This document shows, piece by piece, positions 37,456 through 45,614 of a DNA stretch of 64,000 nt. The stretch spans positions 93,581 through 157,580 of the IMG/VR virus record IMGVR_UViG_3300011113_000123, one strand, 5' to 3'. A program made the position numbers and the translations under genes. The notes beneath the pieces are model-generated. The model worked only from the letters and a program-made list of their open reading frames with translations, was not told the DNA's origin and searched no databases. The stretch comes from a virus. Positions within the stretch are counted from its first letter, which is position 1. Each line of letters opens with the position of its first letter.

Positions 37456-37712
37456 TGCCTAAGTATGTGAAGAAGCCTGTCGAGATTGAAGCAAGACAGT
37501 TCATTGAAAGCGACGGTGCTGAACTGGCTGAATGGTGCGGTGGTAGCGTTCAGATTAACGATTTGACAGGAGAACCTTCTATCGCTATCTACACTCTTGA
37601 GGGAGTGATGTCTGCAAGACTTGGTGACTGGCTTATCAAAGGCGTGAGTGGTGAGTTCTATCCATGCAAACCAGATATCTTTGATAAGACGTATGAACCT
37701 GCGAAAAGCTAA
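37452..37712 (+). CDS. Conserved phage protein (PGDYG-like)
   Basis: KKPVEIEA...TLEG...GDWLIKGVSGEFYPCKPDIF..TYE. Confidence 0.75.
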   Translation: MMPKYVKKPVEIEARQFIESDGAELAEWCGGSVQINDLTGEPSIAIYTLEGVMSARLGDWLIKGVSGEFYPCKPDIFDKTYEPAKS

Positions 37713-37725
37713 ATAAAAGGGTAAG

Positions 37726-37959
37726 ATGCCTAAGTACACATTTGAGAACACTCAAACTGGCGAGATCTACGAGGACTTCATGTCGATTTCCTCGATGGAA
37801 ACGCTCCTCGCCGAAAAACCCCACATCAGGCAGATCATTGGTGCTCCCCTTATCGTTAGCGGCGTTTCGTCTGGCAAGAACAAGCCGGACTCGGGATTCC
37901 GTGACATTCTCAAGACGATTAAGAAGCGTCATCCACGATCAACAGTAAACACGTTCTAA
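37726..37959 (+). CDS. FmdB-like T4-type small protein
   Basis: MPKYTFENTQTGE...KPDSGFRDIL. Confidence 0.7.
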   Translation: MPKYTFENTQTGEIYEDFMSISSMETLLAEKPHIRQIIGAPLIVSGVSSGKNKPDSGFRDILKTIKKRHPRSTVNTF

Positions 37960-38029
37960 GGAGGTATACACGACACAAAAATCGTTCTAGTTCGTTATGA
38001 TTTTCAACAACAACAACATCGGAGCAGCC

Positions 38030-38800
38030 ATGAAGACTGCAATCATAGACGAAGCATTTCTTGAAGCCGAAGCAAGTAAGTATTTGACGAGAAAAGAACG
38101 AAAACAAAAGAAGAGAGCAAAGGGAACAGGTTTCCGACAACCTGCGGTCCCCAGCTTGTGTCGTGTATCCCCTAAAACAAATGCGCAGCGCAAAGTCGTC
38201 GACGCATTTAATTCCGATAAGAATATCATCATGCACGGGTGCGCGGGAACTGGTAAGACGTTCCTTGCAGTATGGCTTTCAATGAACGCTGTTCTTGAAG
38301 GCGATGCACCTAAGCCTATCGTGATCCTACGCAGCGTTGTTCCTACACGCGACATTGGATTCCTACCAGGTTCAGTCAAGGACAAAGCTGCTGCATACGA
38401 AGCTCCGTATCAAGGAATCGTATCTGAGATCTGTGATAAGCCTTATGAGTGGCTGAAGACAAACGGATACGTTCAGTTTGATACGACTTCGTTCTTGCGT
38501 GGTCTAACGTTCCGCGATAACATCATTATCGTAGACGAGTGTCAGAATCTGTCCGATCACGAAATCCATACAGTGATGACTCGCGTTGGCGAAGGATGTC
38601 GTGTTATCTTCTGCGGTGACTTTACGCAGAAGGATTATACTCGTGAAGGATCTGGTATGAACAACCTGCTGACTGTCGCTGCTCAAATGAGATCATTCGA
38701 GGTAGTGAAGTTCAATAAGGAAGACGTTGTTCGTTCAGGCTTCGTTAAGGAGTACATCCTGACTAGAACTGATCTTGAGGAGCGCGGTCTTATTGCGTAA
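38030..38800 (+). CDS. phoH: PhoH family ATPase
   Basis: GCAGTGKT, IGFLPG, FLRGLTF, DECQN, GDFTQ, VRSG. Confidence 0.93.
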   Translation: MKTAIIDEAFLEAEASKYLTRKERKQKKRAKGTGFRQPAVPSLCRVSPKTNAQRKVVDAFNSDKNIIMHGCAGTGKTFLAVWLSMNAVLEGDAPKPIVILRSVVPTRDIGFLPGSVKDKAAAYEAPYQGIVSEICDKPYEWLKTNGYVQFDTTSFLRGLTFRDNIIIVDECQNLSDHEIHTVMTRVGEGCRVIFCGDFTQKDYTREGSGMNNLLTVAAQMRSFEVVKFNKEDVVRSGFVKEYILTRTDLEERGLIA

Positions 38801-38811
38801 TATATAATAAT

Positions 38812-39507
38812 ATGAAATTTGATCATGATCCCTACATTGACTTGCCTAGAGCCCGTCAAATCAATACTCCATCGGGGCGTCGCTATCAGACCCCCGATGG
38901 TAACGTATATCCTTCCATCACTACAGTCTTAGGTGATCAGCCCGAGAAGAAGAAAGCGATTGCCGAGTGGCGTGCTCGCGTTGGTGGAGCAGAAGCGAAC
39001 AAGATCAGCTCGCAGGCTGCTCGTCGTGGTACCGATCTTCATAACCTCATGGAAAAGTATATTCTAGGAGACGAGATTGATGCAAAGAAAATCATGCCCT
39101 CGACACTCGCACGTTTTCGTCCTGTTCAGAAATGTCTGGATGAAAATCTGCAACTTGTATATGCGTCTGAAACGCCGATGTTCTCAGACATCCTCCGCAT
39201 CGCAGGAACGGCAGACTTAATCTGTGAATGGAATGGCGAAGTAACAGTGGTTGACTTCAAGACAGCCACGAAGATGAAAACGCCAGAGATGATCACAGAC
39301 TACTTCATACAGGCTACAGCCTACTCAATCATGTTCGAAGAGCATACTGGCCTCGAGTGTCATCACTTTGCCATTCTCATGATATCTGACGAAGGCGAGT
39401 TCCAAGTATTCTCTGGCAAACGCAACGACTATGTTCGCCAACTGATTCGCGTAAGAGATCAGTATGAGTGGAGGAAAAGTCTTGACAACCGACGCCAGAC
39501 CGCGTAA
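38812..39507 (+). CDS. PD-(D/E)XK exonuclease
   Basis: YPSITTVL, RGTDLH, AGTAD, VDFKT, YFIQATAY. Confidence 0.9.
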   Translation: MKFDHDPYIDLPRARQINTPSGRRYQTPDGNVYPSITTVLGDQPEKKKAIAEWRARVGGAEANKISSQAARRGTDLHNLMEKYILGDEIDAKKIMPSTLARFRPVQKCLDENLQLVYASETPMFSDILRIAGTADLICEWNGEVTVVDFKTATKMKTPEMITDYFIQATAYSIMFEEHTGLECHHFAILMISDEGEFQVFSGKRNDYVRQLIRVRDQYEWRKSLDNRRQTA

Positions 39508-39510
39508 TAT
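39482..39510 (+). promoter_or_regulatory. sigma70-type promoter for tmRNA
   Basis: TTGACA-N17-TAATAT. Confidence 0.75.
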
Positions 39511-39517
39511 ATACTAA

Positions 39518-39585
39518 TGCTGAGGTCGTTGAGGCGTAAGAAATAAGCGGTTCGGACGCGGGGGCAGTACCCGCCGCCTCCACCA
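39518..39585 (+). ncRNA. ssrA: Permuted tmRNA, acceptor piece (T arm, 3' acceptor strand and CCA); 5' end approximate
   Basis: CGGAC-GCGGG-GGCAGTA-CCCGC-CGCCTCC-A-CCA. Confidence 0.9.
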
Positions 39586-39611
39586 TAAAGACTTCTCTAA
39601 CTATCCTATTT

Positions 39612-39619
39612 TATAAATA
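39612..39619 (+). promoter_or_regulatory. T4-type late promoter for the HNH gene
   Basis: TATAAATA about 20 nt before the ATG; AAGGAG RBS follows. Confidence 0.8.
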
Positions 39620-39638
39620 GGTTCGAAGGAGAAATAAA

Positions 39639-40073
39639 ATGAAACATTTACACCATATCATTCCTAAACATATGGGTGGGACTGATGAACCAGAAAATCT
39701 TATAGAACTGACTGTTGAAGAACATGCAGAAGTCCATAAGAAACTCTGGGAACAATATGGAAGATGGGAAGACAAATTAGCTTGGCAAGGTTTGGCTGGT
39801 TTGATTGGTAAAGAAGAACTAATCAAACAAATGCTAATTGAATCTGCTAAGAAAGGTAATGCTTCTAGACCTACAAATAAGGGAAAGAAGTATAACTGGA
39901 AAAAGTCTCCCAAACCAGTAGGAACTGGAGGAACTAGATGGTTTCATAATCCAGAAAATCCTACTGAAAAGAAATGTTTCAGAGCAGATCAGTCACCTCC
40001 TGATGGTTGGGTGAAAGGTCAAGGAAGAAAAGCAGTTAATCCTGGCTTAAACTTCCATAAGAAGTCTTTATGA
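39639..40073 (+). mobile_element. HNH homing endonuclease gene in the tmRNA intervening segment
   Basis: HLHHIIPKHMGGTDEPENLIELTVEEHAEVH; RWFHN...GWVKG C-terminal motif; visibly more AT-rich than flanks. Confidence 0.85.
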
Positions 40074-40074
40074 T

Positions 40075-40222
40075 GGGGGCGAAATTTTAGGATCGACGGG
40101 CGTAGTAAAGTTGCGAAGAGATCGAAAGCAAATCGTAAGTGCAGCGAATGACAATGCACCTCGTTTCGCTCTAGCAGCGTAACATGCGTTCGGGGAGTAC
40201 GTGGAAACAGAAACTCCCCACT
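40075..40222 (+). ncRNA. ssrA: Permuted tmRNA, coding piece; tag AANDNAPRFALAA (40141-40182); 3' end approximate
   Basis: GGGGGCG pairs with CGCCTCC including G3:U70; GGATCGAC; TAAGT-GCA resume context; tag ends LAA-stop. Confidence 0.9.
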
Positions 40223-40245
40223 CACAATTCACAATGAGGTAAATC

Positions 40246-40479
40246 ATGTCTGATGATAATGACAAGCGCCTTCGTTACGATGTTCTCTTGACTGCTATTG
40301 GTATGGTCGATACGAACTACTTCCAGCTCAAAGACTCTGGTGGTAAGAATGTTCCTGTTCCTTCGACCCATGACTATATCGAAAAGGCTCAGGAGCTTTT
40401 GAAGTTCGTCGAAGGCGATGGGCTTTCTACTGCTACTAGGCAGTTGCTAAACGAGACAGACACGACTGTTGGTTGTTGA
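40246..40479 (+). CDS. Hypothetical protein
   Basis: GAGG RBS. Confidence 0.6.
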   Translation: MSDDNDKRLRYDVLLTAIGMVDTNYFQLKDSGGKNVPVPSTHDYIEKAQELLKFVEGDGLSTATRQLLNETDTTVGC

Positions 40480-40555
40480 TCGGGGTTAGTTCAATTGGTA
40501 GAACTACGGACTTTGAATCCGTGTGTTGGTGGTTCGAACCCATCACCCCGAACCA
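40480..40555 (+). tRNA. tRNA-Gln(TTG)
   Basis: ACGGA-CTTTGAA-TCCGT, U1:A72, CCA. Confidence 0.93.
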
Positions 40556-40570
40556 TTCCTGGAGATTGTT

Positions 40571-41242
40571 ATGAAAGTGTTCATTGGTCCTTACAAGAAT
40601 TGGATTGGTCCTTATCAGATTGCAGATAAGATCTTTTTCTGGGTAGACAGAAAGTCTATCTTTGAAGACGAAGATCCTTACATGCAACGATGGGACTATC
40701 GTGCGGCTGACAAGCTCGGCGACTGGCTCTCTGATAGCTGGGTCAAAAACTTCTGTAACTGGATTCATGAAAAGCGTGGCGACCAAAAGATCAGCGTTCG
40801 TATTGATCGTCATGACACGTGGAATATGAACAACACGCTCGCTGCTATCGTTCATCCTATGCTCATTCAGCTGAAGAACACTAAGCACGGCGGTCCTAAC
40901 GTTGATGACGAGGACGTGCCTGAGCATCTTCGCAGCACTAATGCACCTAAGAAAGAACACGAGTGGGATACTGACGAGTTTTGGTTTGATCGTTGGGATT
41001 GGGTTCTCGACGAAATGATCTGGACGTTCGAGCAGTACGCTGATCCCAACGCTGAAGAAAAGTTCTATTCTGGAACCGTTGACATCAAGTACGAAAAGGA
41101 TGAAGAGTCTGGGCTCAATAAAATGGTGTCTGGACCTAAAGATACTTTCAAAGTTGATCGCGAAGGTATGAGGGCTTGGTCAGAACGTATGGATAACGGA
41201 ACTCGCCTCTTCGGTAAGTATTACAAGAATCTGTGGGACTGA
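40571..41242 (+). CDS. Conserved phage hypothetical protein
   Basis: MKVFIGPY...DTWNM..TLA..PMLIQLK..KHG...WDWVLDEMIW...LFGKYY..LWD. Confidence 0.75.
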   Translation: MKVFIGPYKNWIGPYQIADKIFFWVDRKSIFEDEDPYMQRWDYRAADKLGDWLSDSWVKNFCNWIHEKRGDQKISVRIDRHDTWNMNNTLAAIVHPMLIQLKNTKHGGPNVDDEDVPEHLRSTNAPKKEHEWDTDEFWFDRWDWVLDEMIWTFEQYADPNAEEKFYSGTVDIKYEKDEESGLNKMVSGPKDTFKVDREGMRAWSERMDNGTRLFGKYYKNLWD

Positions 41243-41243
41243 T

Positions 41244-42071
41244 ATGAGCTTCTATGAAAACTGTGGGAACGATAAGCCCCTAAGCATTATCGCTGGTCCT
41301 TGTGTATTCGAGTCCAAGGATCACGCAGTTGAAACTGCAACTGCGCTCAAAGAAATGTGTTACATTGTCGGAGAACAGTTCGACACACAAGTCAACTTCA
41401 TCTATAAGACCTCTTTCGATAAAGCGAATCGAAGCTCTGCGGATAGTTACAGAAGTGCAGGTTTCGACGAAGCGTTTTACGGAATGGAGGCCGTCCGTGC
41501 ACGGGGCATCGAAGTCCTCACGGACGTTCACGACGCGTGGCATTGCGAACAAGTGCAGGCTGATATCATTCAGATTCCTGCGTTCTTATGCCGCCAGACT
41601 GACCTTATCCGCGCAGCAGCAGAAAGTGGTAAGCCTGTTAACGTGAAGAAGGGTCAGTTCCTCTCGCCGCATGAGATGAAGAACGTAGCAGAGAAGCTGC
41701 GTAAGTTTGGCTGCACTCAGTACATGTTCACTGAGCGTGGCACGACGTTTGGCTACAACAACCTTGTCGTCGATATGCGCTCACTGGAAATCATGAAGCA
41801 ATACACCAACGCTGTCGTGATGGATTGCACTCACGCGGTTCAGCTTCCTGGTGGTAATGGCACAAGCTCAGGCGGGCAACGTCAGTTCGTTCCGCTTATG
41901 GCTCGCGCTGCTGTTGCTGTTGGCGTAGCTGCTTTGTTCATGGAAGTTCATAACGATCCAGACAACGCGCCAAGCGACGGTCCAAACATGATTCGTCTTG
42001 ACAACTTCGAGAAAATCCTATATGATTTAGTAGAGTTGGATTATATATCCAAGCGGAGCTTGAGGCGATGA
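41244..42071 (+). CDS. kdsA: KDO 8-phosphate synthase
   Basis: IAGPC, FDKANRSS, QIPAFLCRQTDL, KKGQF, ERGTTFGYNNLVVD, SDGPN. Confidence 0.95.
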   Translation: MSFYENCGNDKPLSIIAGPCVFESKDHAVETATALKEMCYIVGEQFDTQVNFIYKTSFDKANRSSADSYRSAGFDEAFYGMEAVRARGIEVLTDVHDAWHCEQVQADIIQIPAFLCRQTDLIRAAAESGKPVNVKKGQFLSPHEMKNVAEKLRKFGCTQYMFTERGTTFGYNNLVVDMRSLEIMKQYTNAVVMDCTHAVQLPGGNGTSSGGQRQFVPLMARAAVAVGVAALFMEVHNDPDNAPSDGPNMIRLDNFEKILYDLVELDYISKRSLRR

Positions 42072-42250
42072 TCTACGTTCTTATTGTTGTTACATACTTT
42101 GCTGGCAATGGTGGAAATGGTCAAAACGTTACTTTCCAAGAGTTCAACACATATGATGCGTGTATGTATGCGCTCAGGTTCATTGAAGAAAAGAAGCACG
42201 GAAGAAACATTTGGGATCAGTATAAGCTGGCTTGCGTAGCGAAAGGTTAA
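42068..42250 (+). CDS. Hypothetical protein
   Basis: QEFNTYDAC...ACVAK. Confidence 0.55.
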   Translation: MIYVLIVVTYFAGNGGNGQNVTFQEFNTYDACMYALRFIEEKKHGRNIWDQYKLACVAKG

Positions 42251-42252
42251 TC

Positions 42253-42822
42253 ATGGCTGTTATTAATGGTAAGGTGTGGGGCGATACGACCGTCCTTATT
42301 CAAACTCCAGTTTCAGAATTGCATAAGATCAATGCTAAGGCTGGGTTCAGATGCTCGGAGCATAAACATGCACACAAATGGAACGGATTCTACGTCATCT
42401 CAGGAGTGCTGGAAATCCATGTACGAAAGAATGACTACGCCCTCACTGATGTTACTACTCTCAGAGCAGGTGACTTTACCACTGTGCGCCCTGGTGAGTA
42501 TCATTGGTTCTACTGCACTGAAGATTGTGTCGCACTAGAATTGTATTACCCTGAGCTGTTGTCTGAAGACATTCAGCGTCGAGATCATGGTGGACCTGTA
42601 TACGATTTGCAAGATGTTGTTGATACCATTGAAGCAGAAATGGAACAAGACATTGCTGATCTTGTTGCAGGAGCAGGAACAGCTCGTCGATTTTCAGGAA
42701 CGGCTGGCGCGTCGCCGTGCGTGAAGATCTGTAAGGTTGATGATAGTGGTACTCGTTGCGTTGGCTGCGGGCGCACGCTCGATGAGATCCGTGACTATGG
42801 TTTGAAAGGAACATCTAAGTGA
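42253..42822 (+). CDS. Cupin domain fused to a DUF1289-like Cys-rich domain
   Basis: GKVWG..CSEHKH...PGEYHWF; SPCVKIC...CVGCGRTLDEI. Confidence 0.7.
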   Translation: MAVINGKVWGDTTVLIQTPVSELHKINAKAGFRCSEHKHAHKWNGFYVISGVLEIHVRKNDYALTDVTTLRAGDFTTVRPGEYHWFYCTEDCVALELYYPELLSEDIQRRDHGGPVYDLQDVVDTIEAEMEQDIADLVAGAGTARRFSGTAGASPCVKICKVDDSGTRCVGCGRTLDEIRDYGLKGTSK

Positions 42823-43052
42823 CAGAAGTCGCAAGCATCATGAGCTCTAATACGTTTGTTGCTATGGTTGAGCAACGCATCACTCAGAAGGGAATGAGTT
42901 ACCTAGAAGCGATCACTGATGTTTGCGAAAAGACTGGGCTTGAGTTCGAGAACGTTTCCAAGCTCATGACTCCATCTATGCGAAAGCTGTTGCAGGCTGA
43001 AGCTATGTCACTCAACATGATTAAGCGCACTGGCTCGAGGTTGCCGATATGA
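42819..43052 (+). CDS. Late transcription coactivator (gp33)
   Basis: MSYLEAI..CE...EAMSLNMIK...LPI; synteny with gp59 and gp32. Confidence 0.85.
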   Translation: MTEVASIMSSNTFVAMVEQRITQKGMSYLEAITDVCEKTGLEFENVSKLMTPSMRKLLQAEAMSLNMIKRTGSRLPI

Positions 43053-43975
43053 GCATCGATCGACTGATCACTAGAGTTCAACAAGAGTTTCCTGATATAT
43101 TCGTTGAATATGATTTTACGATAGACGCGTTGCTTATAGGCAAACGTCATCATGACGGATCTGTTGATCGAGTGCGAATCGATAGACATACATTACTCAA
43201 TTATGTAGCAGATCCCATAGATGTCATAAGACATCATGTCTATGCTTGGACGAGCAGCACTACGACTTTGCCGCAGCGTGTCCGTCAAGGTGCAGTAGGT
43301 TCTTCTGTGCCTCTTCCATACATTCCCTCAATACCCGCATTCGATCCTTTCGAAGAAAAACCAAACATGAACGAAGTTGCGTCTCAAAACAAATTGTTTA
43401 CGCCTTCAGACATCATCCGTATCAATGATGTGAAGGCTAGAGTTAAGCAACATATGGAAACATATTTCAGTTTGATTAGGAACAGGTTCGTAGCACAGAA
43501 GTATGTTGTTGCTGGTGGTTGTTTCGCTTCGTTGTTTCATAACGAAGATCCTAGAGACTACGACTTCTTCCTACTCAAGTCTGCCGCGAACTCCGAAATA
43601 ATTGAACAACTCAAGATCGATCTCGAAAAGAATTCGACGACGGATTATGGTACATCATATCGTATTGGTGATGTAACATATCTGAAGAACGACAAGATCA
43701 CTGATACTATCATGCTCGATAGATCTAAAGTTCAGCTCATCAACACACAGTATAACACTCGCGAAGAACTTGTTAAGCACTTTGACTTCAAGCACTGCTG
43801 TGTGTCGTACGACTTCTCCACAGATAAGCTGTACATCACGCGAGAAACGTATGAAGCGATCATGAATAAGAAACTTATTCCAAACGATCCTAAGAAACCA
43901 CCAGCTCACTGGAGATACGATAAGTTCTTTGCTAAGGGTTGGAAGGGTGAAATTTTTTTTGAAGAAGTAGCCTAA
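43049..43975 (+). CDS. Putative Pol-beta-family nucleotidyltransferase
   Basis: VVAGGC..SL....PRDYDFF, VQLI, FDFKHC. Confidence 0.55.
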   Translation: MSIDRLITRVQQEFPDIFVEYDFTIDALLIGKRHHDGSVDRVRIDRHTLLNYVADPIDVIRHHVYAWTSSTTTLPQRVRQGAVGSSVPLPYIPSIPAFDPFEEKPNMNEVASQNKLFTPSDIIRINDVKARVKQHMETYFSLIRNRFVAQKYVVAGGCFASLFHNEDPRDYDFFLLKSAANSEIIEQLKIDLEKNSTTDYGTSYRIGDVTYLKNDKITDTIMLDRSKVQLINTQYNTREELVKHFDFKHCCVSYDFSTDKLYITRETYEAIMNKKLIPNDPKKPPAHWRYDKFFAKGWKGEIFFEEVA

Positions 43976-44568
43976 TGGAAGGCATGAAAGCGTACAGTCG
44001 CTATCAGGCACTCAAACTGCATTTCACTAGCGACTATGACTTCGTGAAGTATGGCGGCAAGATCCGCACTATCTCACAGGAAACGTTCCTCAAGCGAAAG
44101 GATCAATATCTCTTTCGTAAGCTGGAACGCAAATATAGCGACGATGAACTAACCAACTTCTTCGTTGCTAACTTCGTATCTAAGGCTGGCGTTCGTTGGG
44201 TCGGTGAAATGAACGGACCTGAGTCTGAAAAGGTATATCTTAATTGGCTCAAGCGAATGGAAGCCTTTTCATACTTTCTCAAGCAAGAACTTCAATACAT
44301 CGAAGACAACGTAGATAAGCCGCGTATGGTTCTTGCGACTAATGGTGAACATCCGCCACTGCTCAAGTTGTATCTTGGAGGAAAAGTTTCTGCTGAGACG
44401 ATCATTTCATTTGACAAAGTGATCGATACCTTAGATACTTGGAATAGAATCATTACTGACACTATCGTTTGGCCTGAGGTGTACAGGCAGCTCAGCAAGT
44501 ACAAGCCATTCGTTCCTGTCGATAAAGATTCTATCAAAAAAGTAATGCGTGATGTATTTGCGTCTTGA
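43975..44568 (+). CDS. Helicase loader (gp59)
   Basis: YQALKLHFTSDYDFVKYGGK, FFVANF, KYKPF. Confidence 0.9.
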   Translation: MEGMKAYSRYQALKLHFTSDYDFVKYGGKIRTISQETFLKRKDQYLFRKLERKYSDDELTNFFVANFVSKAGVRWVGEMNGPESEKVYLNWLKRMEAFSYFLKQELQYIEDNVDKPRMVLATNGEHPPLLKLYLGGKVSAETIISFDKVIDTLDTWNRIITDTIVWPEVYRQLSKYKPFVPVDKDSIKKVMRDVFAS

Positions 44569-44642
44569 CAGCACGCTATATACTACTATATGATGATTAA
44601 GTGGATAAGACGTAACACAACGTACATACAACGGAGACATAC

Positions 44643-45554
44643 ATGAACGAATCATTTTCTGCCCTCAAGCGTCAGCGCACTTCTTCGCTGGAGCGTCTCA
44701 CCAAGGAAATCAATAAGCTCGCTAACAAGGAAACGGCTTCTAATGAAGACGATCGTTATTGGCAGCCAGAGGTCGATAAGGCTGGTAACGGATATGCTAT
44801 TATCCGCTTCCTTCCTGCGCCTATGAACGAAGAACTTCCTTGGGTTCGCATCTGGAATCATGGGTTCCAGGGTCCAGGTGGATGGTATATCGAAAACTCG
44901 TTGACGACTCTTGGTCAGCAAGATCCTGTTTCAGAAATGAACTCTAAGCTCTGGAACTCTGGTAACGACAAGGATAAGGAAATCGTTCGCGCGCGCAAGC
45001 GTCGTCTGACGTATATCGCTAACATCTACGTTGTCAAGGATCCTGCTCATCCTGAGAACGAGGGTAAAGTATTCCTCTACAAGTTTGGTAAGAAGATCTT
45101 CGACAAGATCAACGAGAAGATGAATCCTCAGTTCGAGGATGAGAAGCCCACTAATCCATTCGATCTTTGGGCTGGTGCAAACTTCAAGTTGAAAATTCGT
45201 AAGGTCGAAGGTTATCGCAACTACGATAAGAGCGAGTTCGAAGAGCCAGCTCCGCTGTCTGATGATGACGATAACATGGAAGCTATCTGGAAGTCTCAGT
45301 ACTCGCTCGCTGAGCTCATTGCGCCAGATAAGTTCAAGAGCTACGATGATCTGAAGAAGCGTCTCGATAAGGTTCTCGCTGAGCCTACTGCTCGTAAGAG
45401 CAACGAGGATGATGACGTCCCTTTTGATCGTCCAGCTGCGCGCCCTGCTGCTGCGCCTGCTGTTGGTAAGACAGCCGCAGCTCCGAAGAAGCCAGCCATC
45501 GATGAAGATGACGACTTGGATTTCTTCAACAAACTTGCTGAGGATGATGAATAA
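44643..45554 (+). CDS. Single-stranded DNA-binding protein (gp32)
   Basis: DKAGNGYAIIRFLP, GWYIENSLTT, KFGKKIFDKI, NYDKSEF, acidic tail. Confidence 0.96.
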   Translation: MNESFSALKRQRTSSLERLTKEINKLANKETASNEDDRYWQPEVDKAGNGYAIIRFLPAPMNEELPWVRIWNHGFQGPGGWYIENSLTTLGQQDPVSEMNSKLWNSGNDKDKEIVRARKRRLTYIANIYVVKDPAHPENEGKVFLYKFGKKIFDKINEKMNPQFEDEKPTNPFDLWAGANFKLKIRKVEGYRNYDKSEFEEPAPLSDDDDNMEAIWKSQYSLAELIAPDKFKSYDDLKKRLDKVLAEPTARKSNEDDDVPFDRPAARPAAAPAVGKTAAAPKKPAIDEDDDLDFFNKLAEDDE

Positions 45555-45588
45555 TCACAGGGCTTATTCCTTTCACCTGTGATATCCT

Positions 45589-45614
45589 GGGGGAGCTTCG
45601 GCTCCCCCTTTTTT
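45589..45614 (+). terminator. Rho-independent terminator (UUCG loop)
   Basis: GGGGGAGC-TTCG-GCTCCCCC-TTTTTT at the junction of convergent genes. Confidence 0.9.

Noticed and set aside
39586-40074. Group I intron in the tmRNA gene
   Set aside because: The HNH ORF fills nearly the whole segment, leaving no room for a ribozyme core, and the pieces are in permuted order so no ligation is needed.
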